Source: Mobula hypostoma (Eukaryota). Taken from it: a DNA stretch of 64,000 nt. The notes below the pieces were generated by a model. The model had not been told where the DNA came from and did not search any database. It saw nothing but the letters and a program-made list of their open reading frames with translations. Location: the NCBI RefSeq assembly GCF_963921235.1, contig NC_086108.1, forward strand, positions 55,802,001 to 55,866,000, given 5' to 3'. Position numbers and translations under genes: made by a program. Shown in pieces: positions 26,001 to 40,485 of this stretch; the first letter of the stretch is position 1; each line of letters opens with the position of its first letter.

Positions 26001-29000
26001 TAGGTGTGGCATTTTCATTTGACACTATTTTACCCTTGATTTGATTGAGATTTCCAGTGCCATCACTGAACACCGTAGAGGCATCATCCGGTACCTTTCT
26101 TAAAATGCTTTCAGTTGACTCTATTACAGGGGATGTAGCATGCAAATAGTGGATCGATCTCCATTCAGATTTTGGTAATTTTTATGAATAGATTTAAAAT
26201 TGAGGATAAGATTTAGAGTCAATTTTAACTGAAGAAAGCCCCTTCCTGAATTTGCATGATATTGCTCTGTTTACTTCCAACTATATTTTCATAAAGTATA
26301 ACAACTCGGGTAACATTGTCCTAAAAGTAGGAATTGCTCTTGGAGAAATCTGTGTAAATAAATCAGGAAATGCTGCACCTGAAAGCAACCTAGTTTATTA
26401 AAAACCTCCATCACCCAATACCTGCCCTCTTCTCATTGATACCAGTGTTTAAAATAAAATGTTGCCATGCTCTAGATTGCGCCCCTCACGAGGTTGCTGT
26501 GCTCCAGGTTACGTCCTGCACAAAGTTGCTGTGGTCTGGGTCAGGACCCACACAAAGCACAGGAAAGTTCAGTAAGTTGTGTTGTAAAAACAAAAGGATT
26601 CAGAAATGTGTGTTGCTGTTTTGTAACTCCAAAATATAAAACTATTTGGAAGGAAAACAAGGGAGCTGGGAGACAGCTCGTGTATTGAAAGTTTTATTTT
26701 AACTGAGGTGTGCATGCATCATGTGGTAGCATCATGACATATGCAATTCACACATTTTTACATATAACCTGTAATGAATTATTTAAGCAAACAAGATGCT
26801 CAATTAAACAGTATGCTTGCAATATTATTCAAATATTACTGAAATATTAAATACACAACACTCCTCCCTCCTTAGCTATGAACTCCAACTCAGTATAGAA
26901 TGGATCTCAACTTAAGTACGTAGTATACTATAAAATATAATTATTATACAGACACCACAGCACAGGAAATTTTAATTTGTCTCATTCAGGCCTAAAGATT
27001 TAATTGCCTCAGAGGCTTTCTTATCTTGTGGGATAATGTCTTTCCAGACAAGCGGGATCAATCTGCTTGGCAGGTGAGACCTATGAATGTGAAACAATCT
27101 CGGGCCCTGGGGGCTCCTCTGTGGTGATTGCAGGGGTTAACTCTCATGGCAGTGATTCTGACAGCTCTGGACATCTTTCTTCTGGATGTATTGGCATCTT
27201 GAACCGTGCATGGCAAGCTTCAAAGGACGATGTGCATCACACTGTGTGAGAACTGTGTCCGACATCACTATTTCCTTTAACTTTTGGTAAGGACGCCTCA
27301 CACTGCTTTGTTCATTGCCATTTCTTCCCAGTCTGTCGTAATGAGTTCAAGGGGTAGGGAACAGTGGCCAGATTTGGCAGGAATCTTTTATAATAATTGA
27401 CAAAATCTTAAAAGGGTTGCAACTGTTACATATCCTTTGGCTTTGGGGCTTCCGGCTCAGCTTGAATTTTCTCAGTACACTTGTGTAATTCTTGTGTGTC
27501 AGTAGTTGACCACAGTAAGTGATGTTTGGTTTAAATAATTTAAACTTGTTGCATCATGCTCTGAGAACATAATCTTCTAATCTTTTTTAACACTCTGTTG
27601 AGATTTTGGAGATGTTCCTTGTCATCCTCACTGGTGACAATGATGTCCTCCAGGTAACACTGAGTGCCTGGGCAGCCTTGCAGCTCTTGGTCCTTAGCTT
27701 TCTGCCAAAGTGTAGGTGATGATGCCACTCAGAAAAAATAAGCCTGGTAGTTATAGTGATAAATCCCTTTGTCTGTGTTCATGGTGAGGAACACTTGAAA
27801 CCCTTCTTCCATCTCCATCTGTGGGTACACCTCAACTAAGTCAATTTTGCTATAGTGTTTTCCTCCTGAAAGATTTGCAAAGATATCCTCTATCCTGAGA
27901 AAGGATTTTGACCTGCTTTCAGTACTGGGTTGATGAAGACCTTAAAATCACCATGGAACCTTACATAATTCTTGGCTACTGGGACCACCAGCATTGCCCA
28001 TTTAGCTATCTGACTATTTGAATTTGCCAATACCATCCTTGAACACTGCTGTACCTTTATTAATTTGCTTTCAGTTAACTCTTTTGTAGCGCATGTGGCC
28101 GCAAAAGAATGAAGTTGTAGTTGTCTCAACCAAACACAGTCCCACAGTGCTGGCCCTCTTTTTTGTACCACATACAAACACAATGTGGCTTGTTGGCTGT
28201 TGCATTTCACTGTTATGAATGTCATCCCCACAGGAGTTATCTTTTCTCCTGTACAAGTTCTTAATTGGATGTCTGCAGCCTTCAGTTCAGTATCTTTGAA
28301 ATGTCTTTCAAACTCATTTTGTGGATTCACTGAAACAGGCAAGCCAGTATCCAATTTTATTTTAATTAAGTTGCCATTCCCACTTGCCATAAGCCATATT
28401 GCTTGTTTCTCATTAGTTCTCACATTGTAAATCTCAAGGCTACCCAGACTGTGTCACTCACATCATTATCAGAATTTTTAGCATGCAGATTAGTACTCTT
28501 TTTAAAGCTGCAAATTGATTTTCTATCTTTTTCACTTCCCTGTGCAGAAAGTTTATTTTTGTCTGCCCAACATGATCTTATTATGTGTCCTATTTTGTTG
28601 CATTTTCTGCAAGTTTTTCCTTAAAACCTGTATTGATCTAGTGTATATGAGCTCCTGCCACAACAGTAAACTTTTTTTTAATCCAGGAAGGTTTCTGTTT
28701 AGACTAGGAGTTCCCAAACCTTTTTATACCATGGAACCTTACCATTAACCAAGGTGTCCGTGGATCCCATGTTAGAAAACCTTGGTTTAAACATTGCTAT
28801 TTTGTTCATGCACACTTTCATTTCTGACTGCAATTCAATTGCTTTTCTGTCTGCAGTTTCTATTGCTACAGCAGGTTCCACTGCTCTTTTAAATATGAGT
28901 TGTGCTTCAGTTAGAAGCCAGTTTTGAATATATTGTAAGATTCCACAAACTAAACAATCTCTCAGTGCATCATTAACCCCATCACAGAACTGACAATGCC

Positions 29001-29825
29001 CAGACAATTTCTTCAATTCAGCAACGTACGCTAAAATGGACTTCTTTTTGATTCCACTTATGAAACCTAAAGCATTCTGCAACCAGCAATGGTTTTGGTT
29101 CTAAATGTTCCTAAATTACTTTCACAATATCAACAAAGCTCATTCTGGCCGTTTTAGTTGGACTATTTAAACTTCTAAGCAAACTCTATACTCTTCCATT
29201 GAGTGCAAAACTGGCACTTGTTTCTCATCAGCTATTCCATTTGCTTTAAAATAGTGCTCAATTCACTCAGTATACATCAGCCAGCTATCTTTTGTGCAAT
29301 CAAACATGCCCATCTTTCCTATGTCGCCAGCCAACTCTGCTTTGTTAAATGTATGATTATTTTCACTCCGGTACTCACTGTTTACGAACTTATGAATTTG
29401 TCCATTTTCTGCCTTTTTAAAAAATTCTGCTGGCTCTGTCTCTTCCTGAAGAAACACGTGCTGTGCTGTTTTTTTTTTACTTATCTGTTTCTCATTGCGT
29501 TTTGTAAGAAACTCGTATGTCTCACTGTGTTTCAACAAGTGGGTAGTCATTTTGGGCTCGTTTCAATCTTCCCTTTCATCATTGTTACATTTTCTAATTC
29601 CAAAACTTACAATTAATTGATAGAAAAACACCTAACTACAGGGATAAACATGTACTCTTCATTTTTACTTTGTGAGGTGTGCACTTATGACCTGGTGACA
29701 TAATGATGTACGCCATTCACGTACTTCTACATATAATCCATAATAAATTATTTAAACAAAAAATGCTTAAACAATATCTTTACAATATATTACTTAAACT
29801 TTACTGAAGTATTAAGTACACAACG
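23030..29825 (-). mobile_element. Decayed Gypsy-like LTR retrotransposon compound with three LTRs (23030-23276, 26611-26860, 29583-29825)
   Basis: TGTT...ACAAC(A) LTRs of about 250 bp; minus-strand polypurine tract next to LTR1 and LTR2; remnants of gag (DALRDCLVCGI), protease (LDTG), RT (LTINTHKG, YLEDIIV), integrase (ELHASHLGVVKMK, SAPHHPATNG); duplication GCTGA at 23025-23029 and 29826-29830. Confidence 0.88.
28705..28784. mobile_element. 80-bp hAT-type MITE inside the Gypsy gag region
   Basis: Imperfect TIRs TAGGAGTTCCCAAACC / GTTAGAAAACCTTG; 8-bp duplication GTTTAGAC / GTTTAAAC. Confidence 0.7.
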
Positions 29826-30934
29826 GCTGAGAGAAGATTTGATGGAGGTTTATAAGACAATGAGAGACATAGATAGAGCAGACAGATAATATCCTTTTCC
29901 CAGGGCTGAAATGTTTAATACCAGAGGGAACGCATTTAAGGTGAGAGGAGGTAATTTCAAAGGAGGTGTAAGGAGCAGGTCTTTTACACAGAGAGTGGTG
30001 GATGCCTGGAATGCATTGTCTGAGGTGGTGATAGAGGCAGATACATTAGGGGGTTTTAAGAGATGTTTAGGTAGGTACATGAATGTGAGGAAAATGGAAG
30101 GATATTGTCAATCTGTAGGCAGAAGGGATTGGTTCTATTGACCATATGATTACTAGTTTAATTGGTTCTGCACAGCTTTGTGGGCTGAAGGGTTAATGCT
30201 GTACTGGTCTATGCTCTATGTTAACACTAATATCATAAATTGGTGGGTTTGCAATGTTAAAATTAAAAGGACCTCAAAGCTATTTTTGCTCCCTCATGAT
30301 TATCAGCAACTTTTAAGTTTGTAGATTCCAAGCAAAAACTTACAAAGATATACAACATTGTGGTACAGCAATTAGTGCTGCTGCTTCACAGAGAGGTACT
30401 TAAATGAGATATTGAAGAGTTTTTTTAATATTGATTCTTCTTGATGTATATCTCCTGCATATTTTTCTTACCATGTCTGTAATAATTTTCTTCCTTAATT
30501 TAGACACTAACTTTTCTTGTGGATCATCATAAAAGTATTCGACAAATGTACCTTCATGACTAACTGTATTTCAGCCCAGTTCTTACCAGAAGCATCCTGG
30601 ATATGCATTTCTTGTTGTGGTAGAATTTTCATTTTGAATGACCCATTGATCATGTAAGCACGTGCATAATAATAGTAGAGGACTGGCAAGTTATAACATG
30701 GAAGTTGTTAATCAGAACTTCCGGCTGAATACAAGGAGCATCATTGAGTGAGTTGAGAAATAAGGAAGAATGACCATCCATATCATGATCAGATTGATTT
30801 TGAGTTCTACAGCAATATGCTGGCTATCCTACAAAACTACATTCTTCTCTGGTAACACTTCACTAAACATATAGATTAAGCCATCAACAAATTAGAGGTA
30901 CTTGATCAGAGAAGCTTTATTGATTATCATTCTT

Positions 30935-31552
30935 AAAACTGTATTCACCAACACTAAACTGTAATGTTGATACTTTATAAAGCGCTGATGAGACCTGACC
31001 TGTAGTATTGCGAGCAGTTTTAGGCCCCTTATTGTAGAAAGGGTGTGCTGAATTGGAGAGGGTTCGAAAGGTATTCGCAAAAATGTTTCTGTGTTTGAAC
31101 AGTTTGTCAGATGAAGAATATTTGATGGCTCTGGGCCTGTATTTGCTGGAATCCTTAAGAATGAGGGGTGACTTCATTGAAACCTATTGAATGATGAAAG
31201 GCCTTGATAGAGTGGATGTGGAGAGGATGTTTCCTATGGTGGGAGAGTCTAAGACCAGAGGACACAGCCTTGGAATAGAGGGGCGTCCTTTTCGAATGGT
31301 GATGAGAGGAATTTCTTTAACCAAAGAATGGTGAATCTGTGGAATTCATTGCCACTGGCAACTGTGGAGGCCAAGTCTGTATGTATATTTAAGACAGCGA
31401 TTGACTGATCCTTGATTGATCAAGACATGAAGGGATATGGGCAGAAGGCAGGAGACTGGGCTGAGAGGAAAGGTGGATCAGCCATGATGAAATGGCGGAG
31501 CATACTCACTGAGCCAAACGGCCTAGTTCTGCTTCTATGTCTTACGGTCTAA
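30935..31552 (+). mobile_element. CR1 LINE 3' fragment
   Basis: LYKALMRPDL.YCEQF, ERVRK, RMRGDFIETY, typical 3' tail. Confidence 0.8.
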
Positions 31553-34499
31553 GCAATCTGCACGAAGGCGTTACTTAAAGAGTTAATTTAAGTGGATGCT
31601 CATTATTAAGCTACATTGTTGGCATAACATCTGAGTGTCTGTCAACCAACAATATCTGTTTCCACAAGCAATAATATTTCTGACATGTCCTTAAACCAGT
31701 TGATTGTTCCTAAATATAGTACATTGTTTTCCAAAGATTCGTGGAATGATATCTTATCCACAAGAATCTGTGATGGAACCATCTTTCCGTTGATGCTAAA
31801 TTTGTTTATGTGAATTTGGACAACCTAACTTTCATGATGTGTTTACTCGCTGCTTTGTCTGCTTCATGTTAAATTTCTGAAGTTCCTTTATGCTGCCATG
31901 ATGTTGTGATTCCCAGTTAAAAAGGGCAAGGTTTCCTGCTGATAATCTTGATAACCATTATATTTTCCATTTGCTTTTCAACTGATGTCACAATTCTATC
32001 TGAAGTAGTGATAAATTGAGTTACATTTGGGAGAAAACGTTTTGAGCATGTGCTGAGTGATAGGGGAATAACTACAGATGACAATTCAGGTCATGAATTT
32101 AAATGATTGTACGTTAGTCCAAATGGCAGGTTCGTGCCCTAGTCTACTGAGAGCTTCCCACACTAATCTTTTCTATTAACTATATAAACATAGATGTATA
32201 AATAACAGAAGTTACTTTATCTGCCAGGACATTGACTCCCTTTAAAATGATTTGAAAAGATACAATTTCAGAAGTATTCTAAACTGAAATTTGCACTGCA
32301 TTTGAAAATTGTTCAGATGCGTAAATAAGAATGCAGGTAGGTCATATGTTGACTATTGAAGATGATGTACAACGTGCTGAATCAGTCCAGGTACACAGGT
32401 TTGTAGAATGGGAATTGAGGGGAAAGAATTTCTCAAAATTCTAATAGGTAGTGACAACTAACTTAATTTATTTTGGATGAGGAAGCCAGTTGACCTACCT
32501 CTGTTGATCCATCTAAAGAAATGCAGAGTCTAATTGTTTCTTAAATAATTTTATGCCAATTGTCTTCTCCATCTGGAAATTTGTTCAAGTTGTTGAATTT
32601 CCTGATTACTTCTTTGAAATATTCTTATATTAGAGTTTCAGTTCAAAAATATGAGTACACATGTATATGTTGCCACTAAAATGTAACATGTAGCAGGTGC
32701 TATCTTTTCGATAAAGAGTTAAACTAAGGTTTCAGCTCCTTTCAGGTATAATTCAAAGGAAACAAGAGAATTGTGCTCCCATATGTAAATGGCTACTTAA
32801 GATTATTGAAAGACTATATCTGATCACTATCATATTGCTATTTGTTTCAACTTGTGCATAAATTTGATTCTATGATGCCTGTATGTCATCAACAACTATA
32901 TGGATATCCTGAATGGGAAATGAAAGGTACTCTTTAAACTTTGATCCTTTCCAGTTCCATTTTATTCCACTGTTTTGGCTTAAACTAATACATTCAAAAA
33001 TGATTTAAATCCTTAACAATTTTGTATAACTTTTATAGTGTTAGTTTAGTTGTCTGCTTTGCTGGTTGTACCAAGCTACTTGATTCTTTCCCGACAAGTT
33101 GAAGCCCAAGATTAGTCATGCTGCTTTACAACATTTCAGAAACAATTTGTCAAGGTGTGTTCTATCTTGAGCTTTGTAATAACTGGAGCAGTAAGACAGA
33201 TAGTGCTGTCAAGTTACTTAAATTGTGTTTGATAGATAATGATAATTTGCACCTTGCACCTCCAAGTACTGTACATGATAGGCATAAATAAAATGTCAAA
33301 ATATCAAACCAATAATGTCAGCCGCTCAAGAGTAGCATTGAAATAGTTGCAGATGAAATTATAAGTGTCTGTGGGTGCATTAATAGGTTCAACGTTTTCA
33401 AATTTTAATGGGGCACAATCACAACGTTCATAGGAGATTATATAGCAGGAGTCCAAGAAAGTAACGGTTGAAGTTTATGGATATAGCTCCCCCTATGGAT
33501 TAGCTTCAGTTGACCTCACATAATTTAACATTGTGGGTTGCAGTTCTGTGCATTCATAGCCCCAGCTTAAATTGGATAATACTGTTACCCAAGTTGGATT
33601 GTATTGTTACTCATGAAAAGTCCTTTCTGATTATGAATAAAACAACATTTTGCTTCATGCTTTGCATGTCATGGAAAGTTATAAATGTTCATAAATCACA
33701 GCACAAGGTTAAAACAGTTTTATTTAATTAGGAAGTAATCTCATATGAATATCAAAATTGCTGCTATGCATGTGAACCTCACTGGTTAGGCAACAAACAT
33801 TCCTGTTAGTTCTCCTTTATAACCAGCTTCATATACGGTCTTTGAGTCAGTGTACCCAGTCTATTGGCAAAGTGAATGAACTACCAGACCAGTAGTTTAT
33901 AAGTTGTGGCGATATCTGGTTGCTGATGGCAAGTATTTCCTTTTAGGTACCCATTTTGATTTTCTAATTCTGACCTGATTCTGTCTCTTATGGGACAATG
34001 GCAGTCCTGTGTAAGAGAATGGATGATAGATATCGTTATATGATCATAGGAGTTACTTGCATAGGTTCTATGCAATAATTACTTTTAATAATATTATTAT
34101 CAATATATACATCCATAACAGGAAGAGTGTAGGCACCTGCTGAATTTCCACCTTGCCATGTGTTCTTTTAGAAATGAGTTAATTTTGATATTAAGCCTCT
34201 TTTAGTGATAGATGTTTTAAGGTCCTCTCAAACTGCTTTTGTATCATACCCAAGCACTCCTCTGTCCAAGTGATGGTGAGCATGGAAAAAAATTACTGGT
34301 TCATCACTAAGGAAGAGTAAGGTGGCTATCAACAGGAGGCTTCATATTTGACAAGAGATGTCATGATGTCCAATGACAGGAATTCTCCAATTGTTTCTAA
34401 GCATAATTTTATTTGGATTTGCGTGCACCATCGTCCCTTCCTCAGGTGGAGGTGCTTCCAGGCATTTCCTTTCCATAGAATGGTACTTTGAGCCAGGGA

Positions 34500-34932
34500 C
34501 ATCTGACCCTCCCCTCACTGACTTCCCAGGGAGAGCAGAGTGAGCTGCTTCAATGGCTGTCGCTCAGTGGCTCTCCCATCTACTGTGACAAAGTGCTTTG
34601 AGAGGTTGGTCTTGCCTAGAATCAACTCCTACCTAAGCAGGGACCTGGACCTGGACCTGCTGCAGTTTGCTTGTTGCCTCAATAGGTCTGCAGCAGATGC
34701 ATTCTCCTTGGCTTCCACTCAGCCTTGAATCACCTGGACAATACTAATACCTAGATCAGGCTGTTATTTATAGTTACAGCTCAGTGTTCAACACAATCGT
34801 ACCTTCAGTTTTAATCAATATGTTCCAAAAGCTTTGGCCTCTGTACCTCCCTCTGCAAATGGATCCTTGACTTTCTCACCGGGAGACTGCGGTCTGTGCA
34901 GATTGGATTTAGCATCTCCTCCTTGCTGATAA
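34500..34932 (+). mobile_element. Rex1/Babar-like RT fragment
   Basis: CRSVALPSTVTKCFERLV..LQFA, followed by YSSVFNTI and [13 protein letters not shown] motifs. Confidence 0.7.
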
Positions 34933-35242
34933 TCGGATCTTTTTATTTTGCCAAGCTCAGCCAATATTCTTTGTTCAGATTCTTGTCGTAAATGGGAGCC
35001 ACTCTTCAGTACTTAATGTAAATGGCAGGCAATAATCAGTGAAGTTAAAAGGACAGCTTTGCAAACATACACACAGTCTATAGAACACAGGATGCTGGCC
35101 CACAGCATCTGGGCTGATTTCTCAAGAGTCACAGTGTAAGATAATGGAGTTACTCCTTACTCGATCTTCATGATTTTAATTTTGGGAATATTGCCACCCC
35201 AGCAAAATTCATAAAACAGATTTAAAACTCAGTGGTTTTCTA

Positions 35243-36362
35243 CAGTGCCTTGAAAATGTATTCAGCCCCCACAACTATTTTCACATTTTACTGTCTCATT
35301 TTCTAAATTTAAAATATATTAAAGTAGGATTTTTGAGCTAATCAAAACGTTGAGCATCATATTAAATCAAAAGAAAAATTCCAAAATCTGCCAAAAATTT
35401 ACTTACAATTAAAAAACAAAATTGTGAAACTGAAAAAGTATTCATCCCCTTTGTAATTACTACAGTAACTTTCCTCAGGTAGAATGCTTTATATTACCTT
35501 ACCAACTCACATAATTTGTTATGTAGAAAATTGGAGGAGCACCTGAATAAATACCCCCTCTGTCTGTAAGCTTCAATAGTATGGTAGATTTTCAACAGAT
35601 CAAGCCAAAAGGGCATTCAAGGCAAGTCAGGAAAATGATAATAGAGAAGCACAAATCTGGGGAAGGGTACAAGACCATTTCAAAGGCACCAAACACACCT
35701 CAGAACTCAGAGCAGTCCATCATGAAAAAGCAGAAAAAATATGAAACCACAGTCATACTGTTTAGAATAGGCTGCCCCAATAAGCTTAGTCATCAGAGAA
35801 GAATGGCACTTGTAAAAGAGGCTACTGTGACACCAACAGTCACTGGAAGTGTGTTGCAGAAGTCAGTGGCTCCACAGTCTCCAAATCCTTGCAAAAAAAA
35901 GGAATTTATGGAAGAAGCCTTGGCTTTAAAAAAAAATATATCTTTGCCCATAAGGACTTGGTAAATGACCATTTAGAAGTTGCTGTAAAGATGTAGAAGA
36001 GGTCTTGTGTGAGGAGGTATGGGCAAATCTTGCTTCATCACATTGTGCAAAGCTAATACAGCCTATATAAACAGACTACTGGCTGTCTTAGCTGCAAGAG
36101 TTGGCTCAACTAAGTACTGAGCAAAGGGGGATGAATTCTTTTGAATTGCTGACACTTCAGGTTTTGAACTTTTAGTTTTTCATGCTTTACAGTTTTTCCC
36201 TGTTTTGTGGGCTCTACTTTGGTGGGGGGGGGAGGAAGGTGCATGTGATTCACAAATAAAAATTCTCAGTTAAATTGATGAACATCTCTAGTTGTAGTAC
36301 TCATTTACAAAGGGTACAATACAATACAAAGGGTTGGGGGCTGAATATTTTAAAAGGCACTA
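35243..36362 (+). mobile_element. Internally deleted Tc1-like DNA transposon (IR/DR type)
   Basis: TA-CAGTGCCTTGAAAATGTATTCAGCCCC..GGGGCTGAATATTTTAAAAGGCACTA-TA; inner DRs near 35436 and 36122; transposase N-terminus IIEKHKSGEGYKTISKA (35581-35964). Confidence 0.85.
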
Positions 36363-39300
36363 TATCTGGAAAAAAGATTCCTAATTACTAAGGAGTAATT
36401 AAAGTACAAAGGATTTGCAAAGCACTGAAACAATTCCTACAAACTAAAAAGATATACCAATGAGTCACAGATGAAGAAATCATCCCTCACAGAAATCAAA
36501 GGCAGAGGAATGGATTCCAATTAGCTATCTTTCTATCATTCTTCTTATGTTTCTTTACCATTCTTAATAAGTCTGACTGCTCTCTACATTTATGCTGTTT
36601 TTTTGCCACTTTGGTGACTTCATGCGTATATGATATTTGTTCAGATACTGTACCTTTTTATGTAAACAGTCTAAGCTTCTGGAGACAAAGTTCCCAGTTT
36701 CCAACAATTAAAGCTATGAATCTGACTCTGACCACACAGACTTTTGGACTATTAGCAGTCCAGCTATTTGATAAGCTGCTATTATTTGAAGGACCCTACA
36801 AGAACACGAATTTTATGTTCTAAGTTTGGTAGAACAGGCAAAAGCAAACTTTAAAAAAGAGAAAAAGGACAAAATGGTTGAGTGAGAATGGAATAATCTA
36901 AAGCTGCTCTACATGGTTTGTAGTAACAGTCTAGAACGATGTCTTTTACATCTGACATGCAACCACTCAAAGATGATTTTGACAACTTATTCATAAATTT
37001 GAATTTGTTTTCAAGCCATAGCCATGCTTGAGTTTACTCTTTTTGTAACAACAAGGATGAAAGTTACAGCATTGAAATGGAATATTTTATTTTATTTTGT
37101 TTAGAGAAACAGTGCAGAATAGCCCCTTCTGGCCCTTCAAGCTGCACTGCTGACTAACCCCCAATTTAATCCTAACCTAATCACCAGACAACTTACAATG
37201 ACCAACTAACTTACTAATCGGTGTATCTTTGGACTGTGGGAGGAAACCAGAGCACCCAGAGAAAATGTACGTATTCCATGGGGAGAACGTACAGACTCCT
37301 TACGGAGGATGTCAGAATTGAACTCCCATTCTCCACCGCCCCAAGCTGTAATGACATTGTGCTAACCACCATGCTACCATGGCACCCCAAGGGCCTGTTA
37401 AACCCTTTGAAGGGAAAATACTACTACAGTAACTATCCTCTGCATTTTTCTGTCATTTGAGAGGAATTCATAAAAGTGAAGTTGTGTAAAGCAATTTTTA
37501 CAGCAATGCATCATCGTAATTCTAAGCCAAATTAGAGGATTACACCCAAGTACTGATCAGAGATTCCGAGTGGAAATTACAGTCATTGGGTAAGGACAAG
37601 ATGGAGCATTTCTGTGATTCCCTCTGGAGTCATATGAATTGTTGATCTTCATTGTCTTGGTTCAATGTGAAGAATGACTGTTTATCTGGTATTTCATTAG
37701 ACCTCTGCTCTATTACAAATCGCTGTATGTTACTGAAGAAAGATGCAATGGCCTAGTCATAATCTGGTGACATGATCTTTTGAAAAATTTGAAACAGTTC
37801 ATTCACACCTTTGGAGGCTTATTGACTGTGTGGAAGAACAGAGTTTCCAACTCCAGGAAGAATGCCCTGGTTTTTTGTACTCTTGTGAAATTGACCCATC
37901 AGTTACATTAGCCCTAGGCTGTAAAATATTTACCATATCTATTGTTTCATTGGATGTGAATGATGCTGGCATTTATTTTCCATCCATGACTGCCCTTCAT
38001 GTTATTTCCAAGTGGTAATAAAGAATTAACCACATTGGTGGATTTCAAAAACATACAGTTCTTTTGTCTGGACAGGAAATTTCCTTCCCTGAAGCACAGC
38101 AGTGAATCATCTGAGTTCTAAATGGCAAAACAATTATTCCACAAATATTATTGATAGCTTTTTGATCCAGATTCACTTAATTACTTGAATTCTAACCCCA
38201 TTTACTGTTTGAGGGATTAGAATTTGTGTCTCTAGATCAAGAACTGAGGTCTCTAGATGGCTATTCGGTAATTTAACCACTCTGTAGCTATCAGCATTAA
38301 ATCTGCCCATTTAATCCTAAATGTAAGCAAACTGGCCTCTGGTAATAGATCAGTATTCTTCACAGGCACTATTGTGATTTGCATTTCAGTCTTCCGATGA
38401 GTGCCCTTTCTGACGTACTATAATGGAACCTCAACATTAGCATGTACACATGTCAGAATTGGTTTGTAATGTTGAAAGGTAGTCTTAAATGTTGTAAATG
38501 TGCCTCTGTTAAACCTTCTGCTAGGACCAAGTCAAATTTTTAATGATAGATGCTTTAATGAAATGTTGTATTATCAAATTGAATGACTCCTTTCAGTGAA
38601 AACTATCATATTTAAAACAGGTAGTCCTAGGTGAGCAGTTTGGTTAGAGTAATGACACTGCGGGGAAAAAAATACCTCTCTTCATTCTTGGTTAATACCT
38701 GGTGACCCCTTGAAAAGAAGCTCCATGAGCTTTCTCCTTCACCTGTGAAGCTGTACGTAATCTCATTTTTTTTTATTTTATTGTTTGAGATCACAGAAAG
38801 CAGGCAAAATCTATGGAGTTCATAAGAATAATTGTCAATTGATTTTTTAAAACCAAACTTTAAACAAATTAAAGTGAAGTTATTAAACCTTATTACATAA
38901 GGTACACTGGCCATGATCATTGGAGAGGTTGTGTTGGTTTATGTGTTCACAACAATTGCTCCCTTGAATTCAGTGGCAGATGCAAGTTAAATTATTATGC
39001 AAAATAAATGAGAATCCAGGCAACTACTTTGTTCATCGGTAATGTAATATATAGCAGGAACTCTTTAGGTAGCTAGTTGGAGCAATAGTACAGGATATGA
39101 TACCAGTGGAGTTCTAATGTTCAATTTGTGATGCTATTTTGACTTGCTCAAGATTCTCGGGGGCTCCTTAATGTAGCTGCCCTCCCATGTTTTAATGCTC
39201 TTTATCAGCAGTGCAGAGAAAGCCAAGGTGATGTCACTGCAGCTGAGCTGAAAGCCAATCAGACACAGAGTGAATAGCATTTTTATGCAGGCACTGTGCT

Positions 39301-40485
39301 TCGTCTAGAATTTAAAGGGGAACTGTTATGGGGAGTGCAGGTTGTAGTACAAGCTTTAAATAATCATCAATGTATCAGTTTCTTCAATATTGGGACTTTC
39401 TCCATTGTCTGAGAAAGCTAGTTTCTCTGTAGAATGTTTAATGAAACCATACAAAACATTGTGTTTATAGTTAGGAATGTCTCGCCTGGGTGATCTCAGT
39501 AAGGTGGAACTGATTTATTAGGATACCATTGTTAAGCACTCACTCAGTAACTTGGTTCTACTTGCTGGCACTATATCCATAATTTCAAATAACATTAGTT
39601 AAAAACCTACACATGTACAAATATCAGCAAATAGCCTCTTAATAAAATACTTGCTTCTGAAAATATATCTGTTTTAAATTTTAATAACTCCTTGAACAAA
39701 AAACAGCTAAATGGAATCCATCAGTATAACAAACCTTAATTTTATATTCCTTGTGTCAACAGAGAAATCTAAACCTCTTAGAATTACTCTAATTATTGTT
39801 GTAAATCATTGTAATACCTTTTTTATTCTCCTTATTTTGTGCAATTGAGAAGATTGGTTCAGATCATACCTCTATCTTAGACTGCTAATATGCCTAATCA
39901 TTTGTCATTATGTTGAAAAGTATCTGACAGTACTGTAGGAGAGTGCTAAAATCAGATTCTATTCTCCACTGAAATGGGGACACCATCTGCATTTGATTTA
40001 CATAAATAAGACATCTAATTTACATAAGTATTGGGCATCCTCCATGTTCTGTCATTTCCTATATTGTGCTTTAACAATCTAGATTCTGTAAGCTTGCAGA
40101 CAATAGATATATTTTGCCCCTTTATACTGAGACTAATATGAAGTAACACCCCCACCCCCTCTAGCGAAGAGACCAAAGCTATTCATAATTCATAAGTGCT
40201 GTGAAGTGCACACACTTGTATGGTCTCAGTTCCATGTGACCCCCTGATTTCATTATCTCAGTTCTGTCAGTGCAAATGCGCAGATAGATCCTGGGAAAGA
40301 TACTATTGCATGAACTGGATTTTCTCAGTCAGTGAAAGAGTATACTGAATTTTGGGACAAATTTTCTTCAAACATTTAAACTGCTAATGAAACATTGTGA
40401 CCATTGCTGTTGAAACTCTGCGTGTGGAATTGACCAGCTAGATACTTATTTTGTACACGGCTGTTGTTGCTTCTGTTGGGCCAAA

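Larger units (their letters stand above)
22700..30220 (+). mobile_element. CR1 LINE split by the LTR compound (halves about 22700-23029 and 29826-30220)
   Basis: KTLVRPHLE..ERVQRRF-type left half; right half resumes GAGAAGATTTGATGGAGGTTTATAAG..FTQRVVDAWNAL. Confidence 0.8.
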
